Source: a virus
Lineage: Duplodnaviria; Heunggongvirae; Uroviricota; Caudoviricetes
Length of the DNA: 64,000 bases
Direction: 5' to 3' (one strand)
Virus record (IMG/VR): IMGVR_UViG_3300006153_000006
Shown here one piece after another: positions 28,903 to 38,599 of this stretch. The first letter of the stretch is position 1; each line of letters begins with the position of its first letter. The notes beneath the pieces were generated by a model that had not been told where the DNA came from, did not search any database, and saw nothing but the letters and a program-made list of their open reading frames with translations. The translations under genes and the position numbers were made by a program.

Positions 28903-30253
28903 CGTCCGTCATCCTCTCTTTGAGAAACTCCATCAGGTCATCGTGGTTGTTGGTAACCTCTTCGTTCATCACAGCGATAAGGCAGTCGTTGAGCAGTGCT
29001 CCGACCATCTTACCTTCCGGGATACCGAGAGACATGACATCATCGCCGTTAATGGCAATGTCTTTTACCGAGAAGCAGTCCTCTTGCTCCACTACCTCTT
29101 TGAAAATGATACCAAGATCGTAGAGCCGACGAAGCCGGGACTCCTGCGTTCCTTCCGCATGAGCCATAATGTCCGCGAGCCTGATTTTCAGAAGCCTTCC
29201 AAATTGCTCAGGGCCGATCTTATGGAGCATCCGGCGAACCACACGCTTTGTCGGCTCCAGCACAGCATCGTGTACACCGATCAGCTCCGCCACGTTATAG
29301 ACGATCTGATTGTTAAATCGCAGGCGGCGCAAAACGCATGAGCTGAGCTGTGAAGATACGTCAGCGTGGCCATAGAAGTGCCCACCCTTCTCGTCCTCCG
29401 TATAACAAGCCGGCTTCCCGACATCGTGGAGAAGGAGCGCAAGTTTTACTGTGATGTCCTTGCCGGTATAATTGGCGACAGCGTGGGCGATATGGTCATA
29501 GACTGTATATTGGTGGAACTTGTTGTTCTGCTCGAACCCAACACAGAATTTCAACTCCGGAATAATGGCGCAGACCACATCTTTATAGTCGAGCAAGATC
29601 TGCAAAACTCCATCGCCCAGCAAGAGCTTGCAAAGCTCTGACGCGATCCGCTCTGCGGACACATTCTGAAGAAGATCTACGTTTCTGTGGATAGAGTCCG
29701 CCGTATTCGTGTCGATGATAAAACCATAGTTTGCTGCAAAGCGAATGGCCCTCAGAAGCCTTAGAGCGTCTTCTCCGAAGCGTTCGTCAGGGCTTCCGAC
29801 ACAAGATATTACTTTCCTTTCAAGGTCTCTGAGGCCACCGTATGGATCAATAAGACCCGCTTCTTTACTGTACGCCATGGCGTTGACGGTAAAGTCGCGC
29901 CTCGCCAAATCCTCCGCAATATTGGAGACGAACTCCACGCTGTCCGGGTGTCGGCCATCGGAATAATCGCCGTCCTTTCGGAACGTCGTAACCTCATAGG
30001 GGACATTTCTTTCGAGGACTGTGACAGTTCCGTGCTTCATACCCGTCTCTATCACGTCGTGGTCTGCAAACAGTGTCTCGACTTCCGCCGGAGTGGCGGA
30101 GGTACAGATATCCCAATCCTTCGGCTCGCGACCAAGGAGACTGTCCCGCACACAGCCGCCAACCACATACGCCTCATATCCGGCGGCGTGGAGTTTATCC
30201 AGTATGGCGGACGCTCCATCGGGTATCTCAATCTTATTTCTCATACGCCACAC
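28895..30253 (-). CDS. cca: CCA-adding tRNA nucleotidyltransferase with HD domain
   Basis: N-terminal GGCVRD ... DWD polymerase-beta-type motif and HD phosphohydrolase motifs (HD ... GK). Confidence 0.85.
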   Translation of the reverse strand: MWRMRNKIEIPDGASAILDKLHAAGYEAYVVGGCVRDSLLGREPKDWDICTSATPAEVETLFADHDVIETGMKHGTVTVLERNVPYEVTTFRKDGDYSDGRHPDSVEFVSNIAEDLARRDFTVNAMAYSKEAGLIDPYGGLRDLERKVISCVGSPDERFGEDALRLLRAIRFAANYGFIIDTNTADSIHRNVDLLQNVSAERIASELCKLLLGDGVLQILLDYKDVVCAIIPELKFCVGFEQNNKFHQYTVYDHIAHAVANYTGKDITVKLALLLHDVGKPACYTEDEKGGHFYGHADVSSQLSSCVLRRLRFNNQIVYNVAELIGVHDAVLEPTKRVVRRMLHKIGPEQFGRLLKIRLADIMAHAEGTQESRLRRLYDLGIIFKEVVEQEDCFSVKDIAINGDDVMSLGIPEGKMVGALLNDCLIAVMNEEVTNNHDDLMEFLKERMTDGA

Positions 30254-31269
30254 CTCAACGCTGTTTCGTTCACACTCATTACAAAATCGTTTACTTTTTT
30301 CATGTCCGGTGCGTCTGGAAGACTCGTATCCTCCGCCGCCTTCCGCATCTTGACCTCATACTCGTCCACCAGGCGAAAGAAGGCGTCGTCGTATGTACCG
30401 TCCTCATGCATATAGGCGCCGTTGCGGATACTCATGAGAAGGTCAAGGTCATCCCCGCGATAGGTCACAATATCACCCTTCTCCAGGATGTCGATACAGA
30501 TAAGGTATAGGCGGATGAGGTGCATGGCGTGTTTGTTTAGATGGTTATCGTCCTTTTTCTTATTCCTGTGGTTCAACCCCTTGTAGTCGGAGACGATATT
30601 GGAGAGGGTGTTCAGCATAACGCTGAAATCGCGCACCGGATACTTCTTGAGGTCAACATCACACAAGACCTCCACGTCAAGATCGTCCCGTTTGCTGTCC
30701 CCGATGGACAAAGAGACAGCCCCACCGTCGAAGTCGGAATACATCGTCTCAAAATGCTTGACGGCCCTTTCCATGGAGCCAAGCATCATACGTTCTCTGT
30801 CCGCCTGAGTCATCCGGTCTTTGGCAAGGGCGTTCTGAAGACGCCGAAGCTGCTGTGTTGCGTACCCACCAAAGGAATTGACCGCCCGGCGGGTAAGGAA
30901 CAGTTTTCTGTTCTCGATAACGCTTTTACCGATGTCCGTGATATAGAAATAATGCTCCGGCTTGCAGCCAAGCAGTTCGATCACGTTGGGGTTACAGTTC
31001 AGTAACAGCTGCACCAGTTTATTAAAGGAGTACACCGTCGTATCCGTCTCGGAATTGACGACCTGCTCGAAATTGGTAAGGCCGAGGAGGTCGCTCCTGC
31101 TGTTCAGAGCGCAGCCACGGACATCTACGTCAGATGAGGGGATATTTGTCCCGTATGCGTAGCTCCCTCCAAGAGTCAGGAAGATGATATTGTCGCCCAT
31201 GTGCTGATTAGTACGGAGGAAGTCATATTCCTGGCCGGAGACCATAGTTTTGATCTGTTCAAGGGTCAT
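30241..31269 (-). CDS. Polymerase-beta-superfamily nucleotidyltransferase
   Basis: GGSYAYG ... SDVDVRG (GS ... DxD) signature. Confidence 0.5.
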   Translation of the reverse strand: MTLEQIKTMVSGQEYDFLRTNQHMGDNIIFLTLGGSYAYGTNIPSSDVDVRGCALNSRSDLLGLTNFEQVVNSETDTTVYSFNKLVQLLLNCNPNVIELLGCKPEHYFYITDIGKSVIENRKLFLTRRAVNSFGGYATQQLRRLQNALAKDRMTQADRERMMLGSMERAVKHFETMYSDFDGGAVSLSIGDSKRDDLDVEVLCDVDLKKYPVRDFSVMLNTLSNIVSDYKGLNHRNKKKDDNHLNKHAMHLIRLYLICIDILEKGDIVTYRGDDLDLLMSIRNGAYMHEDGTYDDAFFRLVDEYEVKMRKAAEDTSLPDAPDMKKVNDFVMSVNETALRCGV

Positions 31270-31463
31270 GCCGCATCTCCTCCGTTTCCGAAATCATCCT
31301 CAAGGGCAAGTGTTACATGGTCTTGATAGTGGTCATTGTCAAACAGCGTAATCCTGAGATAGCTCTTCTCCGGATCGAAGTCAAGCTGGAGAGACGCGTT
31401 CTCATAACCCAACCGTTTGAGATCGATCTCCTTGTTTGTCAAAAATTCATACGGCATATCCAA
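31266..31463 (-). CDS. Hypothetical small protein
   Basis: ORF only. Confidence 0.2.
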   Translation of the reverse strand: MDMPYEFLTNKEIDLKRLGYENASLQLDFDPEKSYLRITLFDNDHYQDHVTLALEDDFGNGGDAA

Positions 31464-31469
31464 TGCTCC

Positions 31470-31970
31470 TCACTGTTCGACTTCATTTTTGTTGTTCCAA
31501 TCCAGCTTCCAATGCAGTTCTTCAGCCTTCATAAACTCCAACAAGGTAAAGCCCACTGTTGTATTACATTTGATAAGGTGATCTGCAAGATGCCCAACAT
31601 TGGACTCATCGTCCAGAATGATAAAGACATCTACCTCCGGGTGTTCATCCAGCCACATCTGGATCTCGTCGCCACGACGGCTGCCATGCGTACCTGGAAG
31701 GTTCGGAGTTTTCCCGAGGATCTCGATACCATCCCGTAGTCCGCCGTTCAACAGACACTCGCGGTAGTTCTCTCTGTTTCTCCATGAGCTCGACACAACG
31801 ATGCTGTACCCGTACTTCTGGCAGAACTCAGACACCCACTGGACGCACTGGAAATTGTTGACCTTGTTGTCTTGGGGGAAATTGTATGTACACTTCTCCC
31901 CCGTCTCGTCCCACATGGGCGTGTTGACTACTCCGTCATAGTCGAGAAAAAGCACATTCACTGAGCCCAC
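31470..31970 (-). CDS. HAD-family phosphatase (polynucleotide 3'-phosphatase-like)
   Basis: LFLDYDGVVN DxDGV motif; sits between the nucleotidyltransferase and the RNA ligase. Confidence 0.5.
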   Translation of the reverse strand: MGSVNVLFLDYDGVVNTPMWDETGEKCTYNFPQDNKVNNFQCVQWVSEFCQKYGYSIVVSSSWRNRENYRECLLNGGLRDGIEILGKTPNLPGTHGSRRGDEIQMWLDEHPEVDVFIILDDESNVGHLADHLIKCNTTVGFTLLEFMKAEELHWKLDWNNKNEVEQ

Positions 31971-32066
31971 CTCCGCACAAATTGAATTTAATTAGCACTA
32001 TTAGCCTGCATAACGAAGCCTTAAACCCTTTACATGCCAAGGTTTTCGGCGGTGTTCAATCTTCAA

Positions 32067-33153
32067 TTACTCGTCATTTGCCAGAAGGAACTCCGGGTTA
32101 ATGACCTTGAAGCTGATGTTCTTTTCATAGTTGCGGATCACAACGCCCTCCCGTTTCTTCCCGGGAAGAAGAACGGTGTTGCCCTTGGCGAACTCCACCA
32201 TATCCGCAATGGTATCCTTGAGAACCATATCAGTTTCAACAACTGGAACGCTCATGATCCCGTACTTGGCAAGCGTCTCTGTCATTTCAAAGGTATTTAC
32301 TTTGCGTCCTTGACGAATAAGGTTGAAGGCATAAAGCTCATACTCTTTTCGCTCATACTTGTTCTTCTGGATGCCCGGGCCGATGATCTCGCCCTGAAGA
32401 ACGATAGTATCCGCATCGCCAATCAGAGAGCGAAGCACTTTTTCAATGTCATACTTCCGCGCCACCGTCCAGTAAGAGCTTCCGTCTGGCTTGCCAAGGC
32501 GAACATTTCTGGAACAGACACCGAACTCATACTTCTTTCGCCCAATCTTACGAAGGAAGAATGTGCCGGACTGGCCATCGACCTTCTCCGTCGCGGAGAA
32601 GTGTGTACCTGCCCCCCCGCTCCTGCTCGAACATGATCGTCTTGTTCTGGATACGCTCCTCGTCGGTCTTGACGATCCAATCCGGGAACCCACCATTCTT
32701 CTTTGGGCCAAGCGCGAGCTTTCGGAACCACGCAAATCGGCACATAAAACCAAATAGTTTCCCATGCTTCTTCTTATTCTTTGCCGCCAGAAGAGCCTGC
32801 TCCTGCTCCGCCTGCGGGTCGTACTTCTTGACACCGAGAACATCTGTTACGTCATCGTCAAGCTCATAGGTACGTCCATTTGGAAGGACTGACATCGGCA
32901 GGACAAGTCCCTGTGAGATCTGTCCGCGCAGCTTGATTGTTTTGACGCGGAACTTACGCTTCCGCAGGAACTCATATTCCGGTTTCTCCGGCATGATGGA
33001 ATCAACCTCAACATAGACGACCTTATCACCAATGTTGAACTCATCTTTCTGGATGACGCACTCCCATCCATCTACCTGTGCGACAACGATCTTGTCCGCC
33101 CCTTCAATAGGCCGAATATCCGCAATCTGTCGGACTGTTGCAAGTCTTCGCAT
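32067..33153 (-). CDS. ATP-dependent RNA ligase (KxDG), interrupted by a frameshift at a poly-G tract
   Basis: EKVDGQS nucleotidyltransferase motif I in the downstream frame, N-terminal domain in the upstream frame; the frames join at a C7 run (plus strand) near 32594-32600 (FEQERGG | AGTHFSATEKVDG). Confidence 0.7.
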
Positions 33154-33180
33154 AGTGTTCTCTCCTTTGAATTTAATTTT

Positions 33181-33714
33181 TTAGAAAACCTCCCACCAAT
33201 AATCAAAGACCTTCCGATGGTGGTTCCCCTTTTGTGCAGGTAAATCCAGCTTCTTTCTTCGTAAGACACGACTGGAATGCTTTTTCCAGAACGTTTTGAG
33301 CTTTGAACTCTTTGGCGGCTTAATATATGTATAGCGGTATGTGGGCTCCGAGTCGATCGGGTGCCAACCACAGCAATGCTCCATCCCAGCCTTGTCGTAC
33401 CCAAGAGCAAAAGCATACGATCCATTGTCGTATATTGCTTTCTTTCTCTTGAATTTTTTACGCTTCATTTCTCGTCGATACGCACTTCCGCCCTTGCGGC
33501 TTCCCTTTATTTCGTTCTTTTCCATGTTTTCCCATGCGTCGTTGCAGTACCCACACATGAAAAATTCTCCTCCAACCTTTTCACAGGCACAGTGGTCATA
33601 TTGGAAGTCACCAAGCTCCGGGTGTTCTTCATATATTCTCTGTCTGTACTCGAACTCCTCAACAATAGGGCAATCTGCACAGGAAAACTCGAACTTTTCA
33701 CAGCCAGCATCCAT
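33181..33714 (-). CDS. Cys-rich putative zinc-binding protein
   Basis: Multiple CxxC/CxC pairs. Confidence 0.3.
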   Translation of the reverse strand: MDAGCEKFEFSCADCPIVEEFEYRQRIYEEHPELGDFQYDHCACEKVGGEFFMCGYCNDAWENMEKNEIKGSRKGGSAYRREMKRKKFKRKKAIYDNGSYAFALGYDKAGMEHCCGWHPIDSEPTYRYTYIKPPKSSKLKTFWKKHSSRVLRRKKLDLPAQKGNHHRKVFDYWWEVF

Positions 33715-33749
33715 CCTTAAACCTCCCGGTCATATGTATTCGCAGGCGC

Positions 33750-34412
33750 TTACCACGAGCTTTGATAGTAGATCATTTGTGTTGTGAAATCTGTGGTTTC
33801 AAGTATGTCATTGATTGCTTTGACTGTGTTCTTGAGGTCTTCGACATAGTATTCATCATACTCCGTACCACCAAAGAAGAAACCCTCCTGCACCGGAAGC
33901 AGCTCCTCCGCAACCTCGGTATTGATAATCACCTTGCCGGGCTCCAGGATGTCATGCCATTCGCCGTTTTCAAGAACCTTTCCGTTCTTTACGATACCGT
34001 TTATCAGGATGCTCTCAGTCAACACTTTGAGGCAGGTATCCCGCAGGTTTTCAAGGTCTTTCTTTGTGACCTCACGGTGGTAGTCGCAGTCATCTACCCC
34101 CCCCTGTACGTTTTCAACAAACCATCCGTGGATTGCGTTTGCCTTTCTCCAATACGCGACCTCCTCCCCGATTGGCCGGTACCAATCGTTTTCGCCGCCA
34201 GAACGAAACTGTTTGTAGAACCCAATCGTCTCCTGATCGGGAAGCCTATCCGCAACATCTTCCCCACACCATTCTGCGAAGGAATTATTGAAACGTTCGC
34301 CCTCTTTGTTCTTCTTGTCAAGCCAGGACAGATAGCTTTCAATCGCATTGATCTCAGCTGGAATGGTTCCTCCATGACGAACATATCGATTGAGGTACAT
34401 ATCCAAACCCAC
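33750..34412 (-). CDS. Hypothetical protein
   Basis: 220 aa ORF; contains an in-frame G8 run encoding QGGV. Confidence 0.35.
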   Translation of the reverse strand: MGLDMYLNRYVRHGGTIPAEINAIESYLSWLDKKNKEGERFNNSFAEWCGEDVADRLPDQETIGFYKQFRSGGENDWYRPIGEEVAYWRKANAIHGWFVENVQGGVDDCDYHREVTKKDLENLRDTCLKVLTESILINGIVKNGKVLENGEWHDILEPGKVIINTEVAEELLPVQEGFFFGGTEYDEYYVEDLKNTVKAINDILETTDFTTQMIYYQSSW

Positions 34413-34454
34413 GATGTTCTACTTCCTTTCAAATATGTAGTCATATAAAAAACT

Positions 34455-34490
34455 TGTTTACCCCATATCGGATAAACAAGTTGCAGTAAA
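34455..34490 (-). terminator. Rho-independent terminator following ncRNA A
   Basis: 10-bp stem AACTTGTTTA / TAAACAAGTT followed by U6 on the minus strand. Confidence 0.5.
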
Positions 34491-34499
34491 TAATAAATA

Positions 34500-34774
34500 T
34501 GCGGGTGAGGATTTGCACCTCACATAGCTCCACTCCATACTGGCGACCGCTTCGGTCGCACAAGGGCTAACGTGTTCACCTTGTTCTGCTGGATGACCAC
34601 TGCTTGCGTTTAGCCGGGTCTACTTTTCACGTCATTCTCACCGACATCACAGCAGTCCGGGCCGTAGAGCCTTACCTTTAAGCGTCTACTATTGCCGTAT
34701 GGGAGACTTACTGGCATTTCTGCTTGCTCCGTTGGCTTTACCAGGACGAAATGCCTGTCTATTCCGCCACCGCA
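34500..34774 (-). ncRNA. tRNA-like structured ncRNA, copy A
   Basis: 275-nt non-coding unit. Its 5' 17 nt and 3' 26 nt (minus sense UGCGGUGGCGGAAUAGA ... AUGUGAGGUGCAAAUCCUCACCCGCA) are identical to the unit at 58653-58885. The 3' end forms a T-arm-like hairpin plus acceptor-like CCCGCA. It has its own terminator. Confidence 0.4.
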
Positions 34775-34790
34775 TATTTAATTTCTAAAT

Positions 34791-35060
34791 TTAATACGAG
34801 TCTCTGACCCTGAATTGAGCAAGTGTGCAGAAGCCGACTCCGTTATACAATCTTTCACGCCTGACCTCTCTGAGCGAAACGGTATAGTGATGATTGTCAT
34901 TAAAGCCCCGCTTCAGCTTCTGAATTACCTGCTCGGCCTCGGCATCGTGTTCTTCCTTCTGGTCGCAATCTGTAGTTATTGCGTATACGATATCGCTCCA
35001 ATCACCGGCAAGTATCATATTGGGGAATGGGATTTTAGTAACTTCAGCCATACAATCCAC
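34791..35060 (-). CDS. Hypothetical protein
   Basis: ORF with GGAGG RBS and a long structured leader. Confidence 0.3.
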   Translation of the reverse strand: MDCMAEVTKIPFPNMILAGDWSDIVYAITTDCDQKEEHDAEAEQVIQKLKRGFNDNHHYTVSLREVRRERLYNGVGFCTLAQFRVRDSY

Positions 35061-35231
35061 CTCCCATTGCCTGTTTAATCCGATTTAGTCCGGTCTTCTC
35101 GGCTATCATAGCCGTAATGCGGCGATCCACCGCTCTCTTTCCCATCCTCGGCGGCTTAGGTGGTAGCTTCCCTGCTTTGGCCTCCAAGGCGATTGGATTA
35201 TACTTGTGCTGACCCATTCCCCGTTCCCTCC

Positions 35232-35498
35232 CTATAGCTGTTTAGTAAAACTGACATCAAGGCTGTCAATGGTCGCTGTCTTAATCCCCATATCTTGAAG
35301 TGCTCTTTCTACTGCTTTTATTGCTTCAAAAGCACTTACAGACGAAAATTTCGGGTTTAGCTTTTTCTTCACCGTTATTAGGTTCGATAACTCCATTTCA
35401 AAAAGTTCTTTCAACTGTGAAGTATTGATTGCAGTTGATTCACAATTAGCAGTCATACTCCACATATATCCACCATACTCGCATCGCAGGGCTGTCAT
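35232..35498 (-). CDS. Hypothetical protein
   Basis: ORF only. Confidence 0.25.
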   Translation of the reverse strand: MTALRCEYGGYMWSMTANCESTAINTSQLKELFEMELSNLITVKKKLNPKFSSVSAFEAIKAVERALQDMGIKTATIDSLDVSFTKQL

Positions 35499-35517
35499 CG
35501 TCTCACCTCCAATAGAA

Positions 35518-35839
35518 TTATTCTTTTATTTTGCCGAGCTCTTTCAGCTTAGACAAGTATGTTTGGTATCGTTTTCCATCAACCCCGTCAAAGCTATTCC
35601 ATTCCTGCTTCCACTCTCGCAGGTCTGCATCGGCAGCCTCTTGCGTGGCGGAAAAATAGCACCAACATTCCATCTTTCTCCAATCGGTACTTACGGCATT
35701 CGTCGTAATAGCCGATGATTCGCTTTGCAAACCTGCCGCAGGAAACAAACGTTCCCAGCGGAGTAAGGTGCTGTTTCATAAAGTTCAGGATGTCTGCTTC
35801 TTCTACCGTCTTATCGAACTCTATCCAGAACATCGACAT
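35518..35839 (-). CDS. Hypothetical protein(s): two overlapping ORFs in different frames, possible frameshift
   Basis: ORFs 35594-35839 and 35518-35748 overlap by about 150 nt; either two small genes or one interrupted gene. Confidence 0.2.
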
Positions 35840-35874
35840 ATCAGTTTGTAATCTTTTTCTTCCATTGTTTTATC

Positions 35875-36177
35875 CTATCTTGTTGGCATTAAATACCTGT
35901 TGGTTAAGATGAGCTCTGCATCTGTTCCGGGAGGAATACAACGAATAGACGTTACAGTCATCCAACTCATCGTATTATGAAACCTCTCCAGTGCTTCCTC
36001 TTTTGTTCGTCCAAGAACATGATGCGTTGAAACGGGGTGCTGCTTCGCATATGTGGCCTGTATTTCCCACAGCCACACGCCCTCCTTTAGAATACACCTA
36101 TCAAGAACCTCACCTTCTCCATACTCTGTTTTGAACGGCTTATATATGAGGGTACACATTAGGCAATATCTCACCAT
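35875..36177 (-). CDS. Hypothetical protein
   Basis: ORF only. Confidence 0.25.
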   Translation of the reverse strand: MVRYCLMCTLIYKPFKTEYGEGEVLDRCILKEGVWLWEIQATYAKQHPVSTHHVLGRTKEEALERFHNTMSWMTVTSIRCIPPGTDAELILTNRYLMPTR

Positions 36178-36920
36178 GTTGTTCGATCCTCCTCTGACAG
36201 AATGCGGTCTATGTCGTGGAGCGTTTTATCTGAAAATGTGTTCCATTTATTGAAGGCAACATCCTCAAGTTCAAGGCTGACGTATTTCCGCCATGCATCT
36301 GGATACCTTTTCCTTATATCCCTATGCTCGGTCAGTTTTGCGTTCGGGCAGAACCAACACCCGCCTCTGCTGGAGAGGCCATAGGTTGGACTTAACAACC
36401 CATACTCTTTGCACAATTCCATCGCATCTTGTTCTGTGAGGCCATATTTCTCCAGAAGAGAGATATTGTTTGTTCTGTGCAGGCTTGCAAGACGCCTCGG
36501 TTCGTCGGCTGCAATCCCAACATACTGGATATATTCACCCTGTATGGCCTTGTAATAGGCACCGATTGCCCTCATTTTACAATCCCGTTTTACAGAGCAA
36601 AGGCCGTTTGGAGGGAAACCATATTTCATTCCCTTGTGTTCCATGTGCTTTGTTGGTTTCTCGATTATTCTGTTGAAAACAGAGAGAAAATCCCTGTCCG
36701 AGTGAACTATGTCTACTTGATATCCCCACCGCTCAAACAGTGGAGATGCCACGTTCTTGACGAAATCAATGTGCTGCGGGTTCTCGCCGCTTATCCCCGC
36801 TTCTTTGTCGAACATTACTTCGGCAAACACAATACTATCAACCGGCTCATTATATATGTGTGCCAGGATAACGCTTGCCGTGCTATCTTTGCCGCCCGAC
36901 CAGCTGACTGAATAGTGCAT
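36171..36920 (-). CDS. PAPS-reductase-like PP-loop ATPase (intact paralog)
   Basis: SWSGGKDS PP-loop, YVGIAADEPRRL and SRGGCWFCPN; full-length counterpart of the frameshifted gene at 8061-8845. Confidence 0.7.
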   Translation of the reverse strand: MHYSVSWSGGKDSTASVILAHIYNEPVDSIVFAEVMFDKEAGISGENPQHIDFVKNVASPLFERWGYQVDIVHSDRDFLSVFNRIIEKPTKHMEHKGMKYGFPPNGLCSVKRDCKMRAIGAYYKAIQGEYIQYVGIAADEPRRLASLHRTNNISLLEKYGLTEQDAMELCKEYGLLSPTYGLSSRGGCWFCPNAKLTEHRDIRKRYPDAWRKYVSLELEDVAFNKWNTFSDKTLHDIDRILSEEDRTTW

Positions 36921-37030
36921 AAAAGGTATGTATCAACAGCATACCTGACATCTCTCGACTACCATTAGATCGATCCGCGATCCGCAAAGGCTTCGATGTT
37001 ACTTGTTCGCCGCTCGCTATCACAAAACAG

Positions 37031-37330
37031 TTAGGCCGCCAAAATCTCCCTTCGCTGCACTTTTGCTGCCTGGAGCATACGTCTCCAGAAATTGATCTCA
37101 GTTTTGTCAGTCCGGCAGATAGCATTGTTCAACATTGCTTCGCATTCTTCTATATTTCGCTCTAAATCACAGAGTTCTGGCTGTGTATCGACACAGCAGG
37201 TGCCACCCATAAACGAAAAATAATTCTCTTGGGCTTTCTGTATTGTTGTGCCGTGCGCACTGCTCTTTGGGTTATATGTTTTCATTGAAGGCGCTCGCCT
37301 ACCTTTCAAACATGATACAATCACGTTCAA
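37031..37330 (-). CDS. Hypothetical protein
   Basis: ORF only. Confidence 0.2.
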   Translation of the reverse strand: MNVIVSCLKGRRAPSMKTYNPKSSAHGTTIQKAQENYFSFMGGTCCVDTQPELCDLERNIEECEAMLNNAICRTDKTEINFWRRMLQAAKVQRREILAA

Positions 37331-37604
37331 TTCGTTGTGTGAGGCTTATATCATCAAGATCTTTCCATGGGATCCAATCGTAATCGTCAGTCACGTCGCC
37401 GGTAATGTCGTATACCCTGCCGCATATCTGCGTCCCGAAGTGATTTATCACCTGGTCATACATAATTTCAGGGCCGTCTTTATAAAACCTCTTGGCAAGA
37501 ATGTCTGCAAACCAATAGCAGCAACCGCAAGTGAAAGCCTCGATGACTTGCTCATATTTTCCGGAGCCGGTGAACCGACTGATGAAGCTGTTTACTTTGT
37601 CCAC
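37299..37604 (-). CDS. Hypothetical protein
   Basis: ORF only. Confidence 0.2.
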   Translation of the reverse strand: MDKVNSFISRFTGSGKYEQVIEAFTCGCCYWFADILAKRFYKDGPEIMYDQVINHFGTQICGRVYDITGDVTDDYDWIPWKDLDDISLTQRIERDCIMFER

Positions 37605-37674
37605 TCAAATCACCACCCGTGCGCGATAACAAGAAAGCCCGCCGGACATCCGGCGGGCTTTACCTTACTGTTTG

Positions 37675-38532
37675 TTACTGCGTTCCTCCGATGGTCACAA
37701 ACGGATTGACAGTAGAACCCATAACCTGTGGCCACTCACCATTCCATTTCTCCACCATCTGAAGCTGTGTATATTCCGGACTGGAGGAAAGCTGTTCCTG
37801 GATGACCTGGATCGCATATGCCTCAGCGTCGGCAGCCAGCTTCTTGGCATCAGCTTCCGCCTGAGCCGCAATAAGGAGCTGCTTTGCCTCCTCTTCTTTT
37901 GCGACGGTCTCGTTCTGTTTGCGGAGTGCCTCCTGTTCGGCGGCAACCTTTGCCCGAATCACATCCTCGAAGCTATCCTCGAAGTCGAGGTTCTTAATGT
38001 TGAAGGCATGGATATTGATGCCATATGTGGCAAAGGACTCACGGAGTTCCGCCTCCACCTGCTCCTGAAGCATAGAGCGATTCTGCACAAGCTCTTCCGC
38101 CTTATATTTACCAGTCGCATTCTTGGTCACAGAGTTTACCTGCGGCACAATCAGCTTGGACTCAACATTCCCAAGGCCAATCGTCTGGATGATATTTTCC
38201 AGTTGTGACACATCATACGACCAGTTGACAGTAAACTCGATCCCCTCCACTGTCTGCGTGTCACGAGTGTAAGCGGAAATCGTACCTTCGTATACCTGCT
38301 CACGAGTATCGACTGTTTCGATGCGCTGGACAAACGGGGCGTGCCATTTCCAACCAGGTGTGAGCCCGGTCTCCACGACCTCGCCAAACTGATACTTTAT
38401 GCCGACATATCCCTGCTGGATAGTCTTATGGCCAAAGAGCAGACAAATCAGAGTGATGATTGCCAACACCACGAGCACTACCGCGATGATCGGCGTATAA
38501 TTACGAACCCTTCTATTCGATCCTTCCATAGT
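37675..38532 (-). CDS. SPFH/Band-7 (stomatin/HflC-like) membrane protein
   Basis: N-terminal TM helix followed by an SPFH core and a C-terminal coiled coil (EEAKQLLIAAQAEADAKK). A poly-C7/poly-A7 tract lies just upstream of the RBS. Confidence 0.7.
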   Translation of the reverse strand, partial: TMEGSNRRVRNYTPIIAVVLVVLAIITLICLLFGHKTIQQGYVGIKYQFGEVVETGLTPGWKWHAPFVQRIETVDTREQVYEGTISAYTRDTQTVEGIEFTVNWSYDVSQLENIIQTIGLGNVESKLIVPQVNSVTKNATGKYKAEELVQNRSMLQEQVEAELRESFATYGINIHAFNIKNLDFEDSFEDVIRAKVAAEQEALRKQNETVAKEEEAKQLLIAAQAEADAKKLAADAEAYAIQVIQEQLSSSPEYTQLQMVEKWNGEWPQVMGSTVNPFVTIGGTQ

Positions 38533-38599
38533 GTCAAGACTCCTTTGTATATATTTTTTTGGGGGGGTGATTTGAGCGGACAAAGTAAACAGCCTGCGT

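Noticed and set aside
34500-34774. Calling the tRNA-like ncRNA pair (34500 and 58653) tmRNAs or standard tRNAs
   Set aside because: A bona fide tmRNA with canonical ends exists at 59174-59583. These units lack the GGGG 5' end, lack a resume/tag ORF pattern, and their 5' and 3' ends cannot form a 7-bp acceptor stem.
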